Positions 9,237 to 19,107 of a stretch of 59,227 bases of DNA are shown one piece after another. Under the pieces are notes generated by a model, which searched no databases, was not told where the DNA came from, and worked only from the letters and a program-made list of their open reading frames with translations. Origin of the DNA: a virus (Duplodnaviria; Caudoviricetes); the IMG/VR virus record IMGVR_UViG_3300044723_010613, positions 1 to 59,227 of that record; one strand, given 5' to 3'. The position numbers and the translations under genes were made by a program. Position 1 is the stretch's first letter. Every line of letters starts with the position of its first letter.

Positions 9237-9596
9237 ATGGCAACGGTTTATAATTTTAGCGCGACACAAGGCTCACAGTTAAGTGTACGTTTAAAGCTAC
9301 AAGATGCAGCTGGAGATCCTATTAATTTAAGTGGGTCTTCTGTAAGTGGGGTTGTAAAATACAGATACTCTAGTACTTCACCATTGGTAAACTTAGATCC
9401 AGTTATCGTTTCTGGAACTAACGGTTCTCTTTATTCTAGTGGGTATGTAGATGTATACCTTACTGCTTCTCAAACAGCAGCGTTGCCTGTCGGTGAGTTT
9501 GTATACGATATAGAAAAATATCCTACTACAAATTCAGAAGCTGTTGAAAAAATTCTAGCTGGAGATTTTTCAGTGTCACCTCAAGCCACTACTTAA
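9237..9596 (+). CDS. Fiber-anchoring beta-sandwich protein (BppU N-terminal-like)
   Basis: QG..PINLSG..LTASQTAALP.G..VYDIE..GDFSVSP pattern. Confidence 0.6.
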   Translation: MATVYNFSATQGSQLSVRLKLQDAAGDPINLSGSSVSGVVKYRYSSTSPLVNLDPVIVSGTNGSLYSSGYVDVYLTASQTAALPVGEFVYDIEKYPTTNSEAVEKILAGDFSVSPQATT

Positions 9597-9597
9597 T

Positions 9598-11238
9598 ATG
9601 AGTAATCAAACTATAGTCGACGTTGTTGTTAACGACTCTACCGCAACAGTGGTAGACAATAGAGATTTATCTAATTTAACTATTGATTTAAACGCTACTG
9701 GCCAACTTTTAACAAATAATTTAATATCATCAGGCAACTACCTTGATTCTGAAATAGCTATAGTTTCTGGTATAGCTCAGTCAGGTTCAAACGAGTCTTT
9801 AACTGGTCAAATTAATCAGCTTAGTGGAAATTTAATTACTACTGGTCAAACCTTACAAACTCAGATTATTTCCAATGACGGTGACATTTCTACTCTCACC
9901 TCGAACTTAGTAACGACTGGTCAAACATTAACAACTAATATAAATACAGTCTCGACTAACTTGGGGACTAGCGGTCAAACTTTACAAACTCAGATTACTA
10001 GTAATGATTCAGATATCAATACATTAACCACCAATTTAGCAACGACTGGAGATACGTTAACTTCAGAAATTAATTCCATAGCAGGAGTCGTACCTACTGG
10101 TGGCGCAACTAATCAAGTATTAGCTAAAATAGATAGCACTAATTATAACACTCAATGGGTAGATCAAAGTGGAGGAGGAGGCTCAGGTACCGTTACCTCT
10201 AGTACCGCTACAACAAATTACCTTACAAAATGGACAAATGGGGCAGGGGAAGTTATAGGTAATTCTGTAGCTTATGATAATGGCTCTAATATTGGTATAG
10301 GAACAACAGCTCCAAGCTCGAAACTCCATGTTAAAGGTATGATTAGTGCCGGTATTGCTGGTAATAATTCAGCGAATTATGCCGCTTTACTAGTGTCTTC
10401 GACAGGTACGGGAACACAACAGTCAGCAATAGCAATTCAACAAACCTACCCTAATGGAAATACTATTATTTGGGCTGATCTAGAGCCTTACGCTGAGTAT
10501 AATTTCTCTCATGATGGTATTGAAAATGCGTTTACTTTTAATTCTGGTTATTACGCTAACAGTTTAAGGACCATAACTATACGTAACAGATCAGGAGCCC
10601 AAAGGACCAGTCATGAAAAAGTTAAAATTTGGCAAAATACTGCTCAAGTGGATGTTGGAGGTGCTATAAGTATAGGACAATTAGGAACTGGAGGAGAAAC
10701 TCAACCTACCATCAGATTAACAATAAAAGATCTTCAAGACTCAAGTTTTAATAGTGGTATAGCCTTAGTCCGAAGCACAAATACTGATACCGCTTATATC
10801 AATATGGTAGGTGGAAACCTTAATTTTAATGCCCCGACAGGAGCATCAACTCAATTTAAGGTCGCTGGTACAAATACGTTTGCTATAGCTGCTAACGGAT
10901 CTATCAGTTCATCTACAGGAGCTAGTTTAAGCTCAGGAGGTACATGGACCGATGCTTCCACAAGAGAATTAAAACAGGATATAGAAGATTTAGATTATAA
11001 AGAGTCTATAAATATTATTAAACAACTAACCCCTGTTAAATTTGCTTATAAAAAAGATCCAAAAAATAAAAAAATAGGATTTATTGCTGAAGATGTCCCA
11101 GACTTAGTTGCTACAGAGGATAGAAAAGGTCTATCAGCTTTACAAATTGTCTCAGCTTTAACAAAGGTTGTGCAATCTCAGCAAAAAGAAATTCAGCAAC
11201 TTAAGAGAATGGTAAAACGCTTAAATAATATTAAGTAG
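9598..11238 (+). CDS. Trimeric fiber protein with C-terminal intramolecular chaperone (peptidase S74)
   Basis: Coiled-coil repeats, GGATNQVLAK..QW, NIGIGTTAP..KLHV, S-TRELKQDI..IGFIAEDV..C-terminal coiled coil. Confidence 0.8.
   Translation: MSNQTIVDVVVNDSTATVVDNRDLSNLTIDLNATGQLLTNNLISSGNYLDSEIAIVSGIAQSGSNESLTGQINQLSGNLITTGQTLQTQIISNDGDISTLTSNLVTTGQTLTTNINTVSTNLGTSGQTLQTQITSNDSDINTLTTNLATTGDTLTSEINSIAGVVPTGGATNQVLAKIDSTNYNTQWVDQSGGGGSGTVTSSTATTNYLTKWTNGAGEVIGNSVAYDNGSNIGIGTTAPSSKLHVKGMISAGIAGNNSANYAALLVSSTGTGTQQSAIAIQQTYPNGNTIIWADLEPYAEYNFSHDGIENAFTFNSGYYANSLRTITIRNRSGAQRTSHEKVKIWQNTAQVDVGGAISIGQLGTGGETQPTIRLTIKDLQDSSFNSGIALVRSTNTDTAYINMVGGNLNFNAPTGASTQFKVAGTNTFAIAANGSISSSTGASLSSGGTWTDASTRELKQDIEDLDYKESINIIKQLTPVKFAYKKDPKNKKIGFIAEDVPDLVATEDRKGLSALQIVSALTKVVQSQQKEIQQLKRMVKRLNNIK
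9820..10080 (+). repeat. ~18-aa coiled-coil repeats (NLxTTGQTLxTxI)
   Basis: Four copies: NLITTGQTLQTQI, NLVTTGQTLTTNI, NLGTSGQTLQTQI, NLATTGDTLTSEI. Confidence 0.75.
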
Positions 11239-11252
11239 AATTTTAAATAATT

Positions 11253-12602
11253 ATGGCTCAAAGATACGGCGGAAAAATAGTGACTAATGGATTAGTATTG
11301 TGTTTGGATGCACACGATGCTAAGTCGTATGCTGGTGAACCTGCGAACAACTTGAATTCAGATACAAACGATTATACTGGTACTTCTTATTCTAATCTGG
11401 GGGAATGGACATCAAACCCAACAAGATTATCTAAATCATATGATTCTACTATTAAAACTCCTATAGGCACAGGCGCTACCTTGATACAAGAATCAGGTAC
11501 TGCTGGTTATCATCATTTATCTCGAATGGGAGGTAGTGAAACTGGTAACCATACAATATCTTTTTATTTCAAACCAGTAACAAACGATATAAGTGATTTA
11601 CGTATTTGTATGTTAGGAGATAGTGGTACTTATATTAAATTCGATTTTACACAATCAACTCCCACTGTAACTCAAGGAGGAGCTGCTTTATCAGGTAAAT
11701 TAGCCATGCTAGAAGCTTTAAATGACGGGTGGTATTTTTGCGCTGGAGATTTTAATGGAAGATCTGGAGGTTGGGTGGGATGTGTTGGGTATAGCCCTCA
11801 GTCAAGTTATACAGGTACATCTGGAAATAAAAAAGCTTATATTTGTGGATTAAATTATAATAATTTAGCTTATGCGGTTCCGTCTTTTGATCGTTCAGCT
11901 ACTGACGGATGGGTGGATAGATCGGGTAATAGTAATAGTGGCACACTTGTTAATGGAACCAACACGGGAGTCAGTCATTATAGAGATGGTCAAGTAATAA
12001 TGCCAGTTACTAACAGTTATTTGGAGTTTGATGGAAGTGATGATCAAATAACTATAGCGAATTCGAGCTCGTATAATAATACATCGAGTAAAACTGTTGA
12101 GATGTGGGTTAGGGCTGGAACTGGTGTTACGGGAAAATTTAATGTTATTTGTACTAATCGATCGTCGTCTGATACCGATGTTAATTTTGCATTTTATTTA
12201 GATGATAGAAAGGTTGTTAGACCTTGGAATCCAAGTGGGAACGATGAGATGGTATTATTTTATGAAATTGGAAATGGATCATCAACATTTGACGCTTTTT
12301 CTAAAGAAAAACTAGGTACAACAACTGGAGATGATTTGTGGCATTGTGTGGTTGGCGTAACAGATACAGCTTCAAGTAAAATATTTTTGTATTACGACGG
12401 AGAGTATGTAGCTGAAAAATCCTTTTCAGGTACACCTAATGTTCCATCCGCAAATTTAAGGATAGGTTCAGGTTACGGAGCGACTGATACCACGTATCCT
12501 TTTTCAGGTAAATATGGATTATTCAGAATATATAATAAAGCATTAACAGCAGCAGAAGTATTAAGTAATTACAACACAGTAAAACCAAGATTCGGATTAT
12601 GA
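11253..12602 (+). CDS. LamG/concanavalin-A-like virion protein with inserted carbohydrate-binding-like domain
   Basis: IVTNGLVLCLDA..WVDRSGN..FDGSDD..RIYNKALTAAEV..RFGL. Confidence 0.8.
   Translation: MAQRYGGKIVTNGLVLCLDAHDAKSYAGEPANNLNSDTNDYTGTSYSNLGEWTSNPTRLSKSYDSTIKTPIGTGATLIQESGTAGYHHLSRMGGSETGNHTISFYFKPVTNDISDLRICMLGDSGTYIKFDFTQSTPTVTQGGAALSGKLAMLEALNDGWYFCAGDFNGRSGGWVGCVGYSPQSSYTGTSGNKKAYICGLNYNNLAYAVPSFDRSATDGWVDRSGNSNSGTLVNGTNTGVSHYRDGQVIMPVTNSYLEFDGSDDQITIANSSSYNNTSSKTVEMWVRAGTGVTGKFNVICTNRSSSDTDVNFAFYLDDRKVVRPWNPSGNDEMVLFYEIGNGSSTFDAFSKEKLGTTTGDDLWHCVVGVTDTASSKIFLYYDGEYVAEKSFSGTPNVPSANLRIGSGYGATDTTYPFSGKYGLFRIYNKALTAAEVLSNYNTVKPRFGL
11967..12004 (+). repeat. 38-bp exact repeat (copy at 13244-13281); further blocks 11301-11338/12644-12681 (37/38) and 12540-12575/13730-13765 (36/36)
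   Basis: Direct nucleotide comparison of the two LamG genes. Confidence 0.9.
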
Positions 12603-13789
12603 TAAAAGGTGGGCCAAAAATAATCGATGATAACTTAGTGGTATGTTTGGATGCACATGATGCTAAGTCGTATGCTGGTGAGTCTACTACTAACGTAGTA
12701 ACGTATACAAATTTAAATACTGGCTGGTCTAAGGTTTATCAATCTAATATTACTTACGATGAAATCGATCCACCAGATGGAATAACATCTCAAGTAGTAG
12801 GTCATACAAGAGGCAGTAACTCTGGCTACTGGTATTCATATGGTGATTATGCACCTCAAGTTCCTAATACTGTTTATACAGTTAGTATGTATGTAAAGAC
12901 TTTAGATAGCAATTTCAGCATTAGATTTTACACAGCTGATAATAGTGAAACAGGTAGAGTGTGGGGTTCTTCGATAACAGTGCCTAACGATGGCAAATGG
13001 CATAGAATTGTATGGAATAGTTTTACTAACCCGTCTAACAGTCAATCAGATAGTTTATCTTTTAATTTTTTTTATGCAGGAGCTATAGATGCAGCTAGCA
13101 CTAAAACTTGGTTTTGCGCTCCACAAATGGAAGCTAAATCATATCAAACTCCTTTTGTTGCTGGTTCTCGTTCAGCTACTAACGGTTGGGTAGATAGAAC
13201 TACAAATAATAATGATGGCACATTAGTAAACGGAGTCAACACAGGAGTCAGTCATTATAGAGATGGTCAAGTAATAATGCCTGTTGCTAACAGTTATTTA
13301 GATTTTGATGGCACTAATGATTATATCACTATTTCTTCTTTATTAAATCAAGAGGCTATAAATGGATCAACTACCAAAACTATCATTTTATGGTTAAAAG
13401 CTGATAGTTATGGGGCAATGATGCCATTTTCGACAGGGCAAAATGGTAATGATAGAATTTATTATTGGACACAAAACAGTTTAAATACTTGGCGAATTGG
13501 TGACTATACTAGTACATCAGGTCATTCGACTTTGCCATCAGCTGGAACATGGTTTTGTACTGCTATAGTCATAAATGGGCTTAGTGTTACAGGATACCTC
13601 AACGGTACTCAAGATTATACAGGAGCTTACTCTGCTTTTACAACTCATGAGTACGCTGTATTAGGTAGACATGGTACCGGCTCTTATTATTATGATGGGA
13701 AAATAGGTAAAGTATCAGTTTATAATAACGCATTAACAGCAGCAGAAGTATTAAGTAATTACAACGCAACAAAAAATAGATTTACATAA
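12599..13789 (+). CDS. LamG-like virion protein with inserted CBM-like domain
   Basis: LVVCLDA..YTVSMYVK..WHRI..PQMEA..FDGTND..VYNNALTAAEV. Confidence 0.8.
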   Translation: MIKGGPKIIDDNLVVCLDAHDAKSYAGESTTNVVTYTNLNTGWSKVYQSNITYDEIDPPDGITSQVVGHTRGSNSGYWYSYGDYAPQVPNTVYTVSMYVKTLDSNFSIRFYTADNSETGRVWGSSITVPNDGKWHRIVWNSFTNPSNSQSDSLSFNFFYAGAIDAASTKTWFCAPQMEAKSYQTPFVAGSRSATNGWVDRTTNNNDGTLVNGVNTGVSHYRDGQVIMPVANSYLDFDGTNDYITISSLLNQEAINGSTTKTIILWLKADSYGAMMPFSTGQNGNDRIYYWTQNSLNTWRIGDYTSTSGHSTLPSAGTWFCTAIVINGLSVTGYLNGTQDYTGAYSAFTTHEYAVLGRHGTGSYYYDGKIGKVSVYNNALTAAEVLSNYNATKNRFT

Positions 13790-13791
13790 TT

Positions 13792-14184
13792 ATGAGTTTT
13801 CACAACAGAAGATGGATATTTTTAGACTCTGAAAATATATCAGGAGTTAATTTCAACCAAGTGCAAGAAACAAGCGCCGAAACAGTTCGTTATTCGGTGG
13901 ATAGCGGAACATTTTTCGTTAAATATAATGTCATCGAATATCCCGTTGATCCAACTGGCGCTAATGTAGACGCCAGCGGCAACACTTGGCAATTTTATTA
14001 TAATACAGGAGTAGAGCCCCCTGTTATTACAGGGTCAGGAATGCTTTACCCTTCGGGTTATGAAGCTGGCAGACCGGACTGTTATGACTTAGCAGAAGAA
14101 ATTAGCGGTAAAATCGAATGGCACCATGAAGAAATACTGGAGTATTTATCAACACCAGAGTGGACACCAACAGGAATAATGTAA
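13792..14184 (+). CDS. Hypothetical LamG-cluster-associated virion protein
   Basis: VNFNQVQETSAETVRYS..FVKY..HEEILEYLSTPEWT; SG/TG-rich insert. Confidence 0.6.
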   Translation: MSFHNRRWIFLDSENISGVNFNQVQETSAETVRYSVDSGTFFVKYNVIEYPVDPTGANVDASGNTWQFYYNTGVEPPVITGSGMLYPSGYEAGRPDCYDLAEEISGKIEWHHEEILEYLSTPEWTPTGIM

Positions 14185-14185
14185 T

Positions 14186-14875
14186 ATGTCGTATCATAAT
14201 AATCCAAGAATAGTAACTGATGGCTTAACATTGTGTTTAGATGCTAATGCAGAAAGGTCGTATTCAGGCTCTGGTACTACTTGGTATGATTTAAGTGGTA
14301 ATGGCTATAACGGAACTTTAACAAATAGTCCTACATATAATAGCTCTGGTTATTTTGATTTTGATGGTAGTGATGATTATGTTAATCTGCCACATTCAGA
14401 GTTATGGCAAAATATAAGTCAGATTTCTTACGATTTATGGTTTAAGCCTGATGTAGTAAATGTTCGACAAGGATTAATCAGTTCTCACGCTCAAGTATCT
14501 GGAGCTAATAATGACGCTATTGAAATAGAAATACAGTCAAATGGCACTTCATTTGTGGGATTTAGATCTACTAACGGTACTTTTTATAGTGCAGCATACG
14601 GAACCTCTTTGTCGGCAAATACTTGGTATAATTTAACAGGAGCGTTAAGTAGCTCAGATATCAAGTATTATTTAAATGGTCAACTAGTAGCTACACAAAG
14701 TAATTGGCCCGGAGGTAACGTTGCTAATTCCGCTTCTCAAACTTTAATGTTAGCTAGATATGCTACTTATTATTTTAATGGTAAAATAGGATCATTTAGA
14801 GCATACAATAAAGCTTTATCAACAAGTGAAGTGTCTCAAAACTACAACTCAATGAAATCTAGATTCGGATTATAA
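14186..14875 (+). CDS. LamG-like virion protein (no insert)
   Basis: IVTDGLTLCLDA..WYDLSGN..FDGSDD..YNKALS..RFGL. Confidence 0.8.
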   Translation: MSYHNNPRIVTDGLTLCLDANAERSYSGSGTTWYDLSGNGYNGTLTNSPTYNSSGYFDFDGSDDYVNLPHSELWQNISQISYDLWFKPDVVNVRQGLISSHAQVSGANNDAIEIEIQSNGTSFVGFRSTNGTFYSAAYGTSLSANTWYNLTGALSSSDIKYYLNGQLVATQSNWPGGNVANSASQTLMLARYATYYFNGKIGSFRAYNKALSTSEVSQNYNSMKSRFGL

Positions 14876-14907
14876 TACATATAGATAGCTCTTTATAGGC
14901 AAAAAAT

Positions 14908-14913
14908 GTGTAA
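14908..14913 (+). promoter_or_regulatory. Putative late-promoter motif GTGTAA
   Basis: aaaaaatgtgtaattt, 18 nt before ATG 14926. Confidence 0.55.
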
Positions 14914-14925
14914 TTTTAGGAAACG

Positions 14926-15519
14926 ATGAAAATTGTAGACATAGCTGATGAAATTTATAGAGAACTGGGAGAGCCATCATCGCTCTCTATCCCAGCCATA
15001 TCCTTTTGGATTCGTAGTAATGTTGGAGAGCTAAACAATAGACTCAATACGGCTTTTAAGATTTACGATCACGGTACTGAAGCTTATGAATTTTCTGGAA
15101 GTTTTCAAGATTCTCAATATGTTCCTCAAGCTTTTAATGAAGCAACCGGCGCTGTTGGTTTAGGTGATCCAGCTTCTGTAACTATAGAACCCGAAGAAGC
15201 GGCTATCTTGAAAAAAATGTATTTCGTGCATTATTACGACAAACAAATAAGAAGTACAATTGGAGCGGCCTCAACCGATCCTGTCGTGGAAGTAGCTTCT
15301 GATGGATCAAGAGTTCGGAAAATAAATAAGAATGAATTAAGTAAAACCTATCTCGCTTTGAAAAAAGAAGAGTATATGGAACTTACCGATTTAATAAATG
15401 CTTATAAATTAAGAAAAACTTCACCTCTTCAGGTGGCTGGAGATGATACTGTAAGAGCAGAGTTTCCGAGTAATAACGAAGGTTACCCATATAATCGGGT
15501 ACCAAACTATATAGGATAA
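14926..15519 (+). CDS. Putative head-tail adaptor
   Basis: Synteny (first of four neck genes before the tube); helical with a beta hairpin. Confidence 0.5.
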   Translation: MKIVDIADEIYRELGEPSSLSIPAISFWIRSNVGELNNRLNTAFKIYDHGTEAYEFSGSFQDSQYVPQAFNEATGAVGLGDPASVTIEPEEAAILKKMYFVHYYDKQIRSTIGAASTDPVVEVASDGSRVRKINKNELSKTYLALKKEEYMELTDLINAYKLRKTSPLQVAGDDTVRAEFPSNNEGYPYNRVPNYIG

Positions 15520-15956
15520 TGGCGTCTTTAATTCCAAATTCTGCATTGCCGGGGCTAAGACAAGCCTTAGCCGATCATTTTGACACGTTTAAGGGAACTA
15601 TAACGGTTCACAAAGAACCCAAAAGAACAGTTACCTTAAGCTCTGATCAAAATATTTATGCTGGTTATGGAGCGCCCAAAGAACAGGTTACTTATACTCC
15701 TGTTAGTCAAGATTTTAGCGCAATTATTAATTACAAAGAAGATCAACCCTTAAACTACCAAGAAGAATTAAAAGTTGATATAGAAAAAGGTGAAGTAAGA
15801 ATAAAAGTCGAGCTTGATTGTAAAAACTATATAGAGAAGGGCAAAACTGAAACCGTAGAAATAAATGGCAAAATGTTTAACGTTATAAGCTCTGAAGGAA
15901 CAAGATTTTTTGTGGGTCAGACTTATTACGTTTTCTATCTGGAGGCAACCACTTAA
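15519..15956 (+). CDS. Putative head closure/stopper protein
   Basis: Synteny; beta-rich, VEINGKMFNV..YYVFYL ending. Confidence 0.5.
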   Translation: MASLIPNSALPGLRQALADHFDTFKGTITVHKEPKRTVTLSSDQNIYAGYGAPKEQVTYTPVSQDFSAIINYKEDQPLNYQEELKVDIEKGEVRIKVELDCKNYIEKGKTETVEINGKMFNVISSEGTRFFVGQTYYVFYLEATT

Positions 15957-16552
15957 TGGCTCTTAGAAAGAAATTAGATATTAAGCAGCTTTTGAAGAAA
16001 AACTATACTAATTCAAAAGCATTACAAAATTTAGCTTACGGAGCAGCAAAACAGAAATCTGAAAAGCTTAAGAAAGATTTTTTAAAAGAATTCGACGCTC
16101 ATCCAGTTACTAAAGAAATAAAACAGGGGCCAAGCGGAATGGCGAGCTCTTTATTGGGAGGTAGGGGTAACTTTTTTGGTTTTTTGGGGTTTAATTCGGG
16201 CCAGCAGCCAATAGAAATATTGAGAGATCAAATAGAAAATAATATTACGATTTTAAATAAAAAAGGTAAGATAAAGAAGATTTCTAGCACCTCATTTGTT
16301 TGGCAATTTGATATTTCTGTTCCGTCTAAAGCTGATATATATAACGTAACACCAATGACATGGAGCACCAAAAGCTGGGTGAAAGGTGTTGAAAGAGGTA
16401 TAACTAATTATAGCAATACAATTTTTAAAGAGTCTAAAAACAGTAGGTCTGGAGTAGCTATACAGGTAGAGAGTAAAGTAGGTTTTATTAAATTTAACGC
16501 CACTCCTTATGTTACTCAAATGTTAGATAGATTAAAAGCACAACTGAAATGA
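15956..16552 (+). CDS. Putative neck/tail completion protein
   Basis: Basic protein, VERG motif, synteny. Confidence 0.45.
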   Translation: MALRKKLDIKQLLKKNYTNSKALQNLAYGAAKQKSEKLKKDFLKEFDAHPVTKEIKQGPSGMASSLLGGRGNFFGFLGFNSGQQPIEILRDQIENNITILNKKGKIKKISSTSFVWQFDISVPSKADIYNVTPMTWSTKSWVKGVERGITNYSNTIFKESKNSRSGVAIQVESKVGFIKFNATPYVTQMLDRLKAQLK

Positions 16553-17415
16553 AGCCACAATTTGACAATCAAGTACTTTCTAGTTTTTTGCTATGGTTTG
16601 ACCATACTTTATTAAAAGATGGTGAAGCATACCAGAATACTACGGGTCAATTTTATAATGTTCTGCAAGAATTTGCAGGCTATCAGACTTTTGCCAGCTC
16701 ATATTCACAAATAGTATCTGACGCTTCAATTACTGGAGCTACAATTCCCACAGGTCTTTATGTTGGTAGTAATTTAGTAGATGTAGGTGAAGGTGGTTCA
16801 ACTGGTTTATATGCTATTGATTATAATAACGGCCGCTCTTATTGGTCTGGAGATCAAGGAAGTGATATAACTGGCAGTTTTGCCATAAAAGATTTTAATA
16901 CATTTCTTACAAACAGAACCGAAGATGAAATTCTATTTCAATCTCAGTATACCAATAGAAATAAGATATCAAATGTAGTCCCTACAGGTTTGGAAGCAAA
17001 TACAAGAACTTATCCAGTAGTTTACATTAAAAACGACGGTAGTTCTAATGACCCTTTTGCTTTTGGCGGTCAAGATAATACAAGAATAAACGTCAGAGCT
17101 GTAGTAATCGCCGATAGCCAATTTGAAATTGATGCGATTGGATCTTTATTTCGGGATAAAACTAGACAGTATTTTTCTTTATTCGAAGCTTCGGAGATGC
17201 CTTTTAACCAGTTCGGGTATTATAGAAATGATGTTCAATACAACTACGATACTGTGACTGCTGGAAAGAATGAAAGTCAAAAATGTTTCTTGGAAGAAGT
17301 CAATATTTCTAGGTTTGATCGGGCTCTGGAAAATGAAGTCAGAAAATTTAACCCAAACGTTTACTCTACATTAATTGATTTTGAAATTAGTAAGGTTAGA
17401 AACCCCGGATGTTAA
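16549..17415 (+). CDS. Putative tail terminator
   Basis: YPVVYI..FAFGG..INVRAVV; directly upstream of the tube gene. Confidence 0.5.
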   Translation: MKPQFDNQVLSSFLLWFDHTLLKDGEAYQNTTGQFYNVLQEFAGYQTFASSYSQIVSDASITGATIPTGLYVGSNLVDVGEGGSTGLYAIDYNNGRSYWSGDQGSDITGSFAIKDFNTFLTNRTEDEILFQSQYTNRNKISNVVPTGLEANTRTYPVVYIKNDGSSNDPFAFGGQDNTRINVRAVVIADSQFEIDAIGSLFRDKTRQYFSLFEASEMPFNQFGYYRNDVQYNYDTVTAGKNESQKCFLEEVNISRFDRALENEVRKFNPNVYSTLIDFEISKVRNPGC

Positions 17416-17444
17416 GGATTTTATTTCTCTTTTGGGCTTAGTAA

Positions 17445-17450
17445 ATGTAA
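17445..17450 (+). promoter_or_regulatory. Putative late-promoter motif variant ATGTAA
   Basis: gtaaatgtaatttaa in the intergenic gap before the tube gene. Confidence 0.4.
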
Positions 17451-17486
17451 TTTAAGATAAGAAAACTTTTATAGGAACTAAAAAAA

Positions 17487-18749
17487 ATGGCAAGAACAAG
17501 AGTAATTTATCAAAGTGAAGCAGTCTACTGTAGTCAAGATGTAGCTTTTGACGCAGACCAGACGGCAGTCGGGGCTATTAAACAATTGAGTAGAGTGCAA
17601 AGCGCAAACTATTCGTTTTCAGTAGCTCGTCAGGACGTTAACCAATTTGGAAATTTAGCTGCGATTGATCAGATCATTACGGAAAGTCCGACGGTCTCTT
17701 TCGATACTAGTTATTACCTAGCGAATTTTAGCAATGAAGATCGTTTAGGTTTTAATGTATTGCAAAGTGGGGTTGCAGCTACTGGTTTTACCTCATGTAT
17801 TGGTGATATAATTGACAGCTCAACTAACGCTTATCAAAAAGATTATTATTTGCTTACTACAAAAGAGGGTAAAGACGCTAATCAAAATACGACTTCTGGA
17901 GACTTTTCATATGGTGCTAGTATAATTGGTATAGGAAATGCGTTTCTTAGCTCTTACTCAACAGAAGGAGCTGTTGGGGGACTCCCTACAGTTTCGGTAA
18001 GTGTTGAGGGGCAGAATATGAATTTCGTTAATCTTCCTTACACTCAAGGTGTAGCGGGTATTGGGGCGGGTTTAAAAACTGGTGTAGCAGGTGCAGTCAC
18101 TTTTATATCAGGAGAAAACCCTGCAGTAAATAGTAGTAATGGTGAAAAAGTTAATCTTCCGGCAGTTTTACCAGTTCCTTTGGATAACGCTTCTACTAAC
18201 GTAGGTGATAAAATTTCAACTCTTCGTCCCGGTGATATTACTTTGACTTTAGCAAAACAAACTGAAGCTAGCAATACCGCTGCAACATTGTTTTCAACTA
18301 CTACTGGTAATGCTTTATATGCTCCAGATTACGCTGGTGCAAGTATTGATGATGCTCATATTCAAAGTTATACAATGAATTTTGACTTGAGTCGTTCACC
18401 AATTCAGAGTCTGGGTAATAGATTTGCTTTTGCAAGGACAATAGATTTCCCGATTAATGTTAGCTTGAGTGTTGACGCTGTTCTTTCTGATCTTACTTCA
18501 GGATCTTTAGCGGACATTGTTAACTGTGATCATAAGTTTGATGCTAGGATTACCCTCAAAGATCCAGCATGTAGTGGTCCTAAGCAGGCTATATGTAATT
18601 ATATAGTGAAGGGGTTAAAACTTGACAGTCAGTCATTTTCTTCAGATATTGGGTCCAACAAGACCGTTACTTTAGATTTTAGCTCACAAATTGGTGGGCC
18701 AGATCAGTTCGGTCATGGTGTATTCATGAGCGGTCATTTCGCTACTTAA
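17487..18749 (+). CDS. Major tail tube protein with two tandem tube-like domains
   Basis: Internal duplication VQSANYSFSVARQDVNQFG / IQSYTMNFDLSRSPIQSLG; synteny; terminator downstream. Confidence 0.75.
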   Translation: MARTRVIYQSEAVYCSQDVAFDADQTAVGAIKQLSRVQSANYSFSVARQDVNQFGNLAAIDQIITESPTVSFDTSYYLANFSNEDRLGFNVLQSGVAATGFTSCIGDIIDSSTNAYQKDYYLLTTKEGKDANQNTTSGDFSYGASIIGIGNAFLSSYSTEGAVGGLPTVSVSVEGQNMNFVNLPYTQGVAGIGAGLKTGVAGAVTFISGENPAVNSSNGEKVNLPAVLPVPLDNASTNVGDKISTLRPGDITLTLAKQTEASNTAATLFSTTTGNALYAPDYAGASIDDAHIQSYTMNFDLSRSPIQSLGNRFAFARTIDFPINVSLSVDAVLSDLTSGSLADIVNCDHKFDARITLKDPACSGPKQAICNYIVKGLKLDSQSFSSDIGSNKTVTLDFSSQIGGPDQFGHGVFMSGHFAT

Positions 18750-18767
18750 TATTTGAACAGTATTCTT

Positions 18768-18803
18768 AAAACGACCTCTGCGTAGCGGGGGTCGTTTTTT
18801 TTT
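18768..18803 (+). terminator. Rho-independent terminator
   Basis: aaaacgacctctgc-gta-gcgggggtcgtttt then T run. Confidence 0.85.
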
Positions 18804-18852
18804 ATACTTTTATAACTCTTTCCTATATGATATAAAGTACAAGGTATAAGGT

Positions 18853-19107
18853 ATGTCTAAGGAAGAAGGTCCGGAAAAGGATATTATTAATAATTTTTTT
18901 GCGTTTCAAACAAAACGTAAAATTACCAATCTTTACAAACAGTTTTTCTTCATCTTAGAAGACCTAGAAAGCGATGGAATAAAAATTCCAGAAGACCGTC
19001 ACCAAAAAATAAGAAAAAGAATTCTCGATTTAGGTAACGATACTATTCGTGAACTAGAGGATTATTTCGATAAATTTATAGAATATAACAATAATAATAA
19101 AAAATGA
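18853..19107 (+). CDS. Hypothetical protein
   Basis: 84-aa ORF with AAGG upstream. Confidence 0.65.
   Translation: MSKEEGPEKDIINNFFAFQTKRKITNLYKQFFFILEDLESDGIKIPEDRHQKIRKRILDLGNDTIRELEDYFDKFIEYNNNNKK

Noticed and set aside
11301-13765. Diversity-generating retroelement TR/VR pair
   Set aside because: No reverse transcriptase in the window; both copies are coding; mismatches are not adenine-specific
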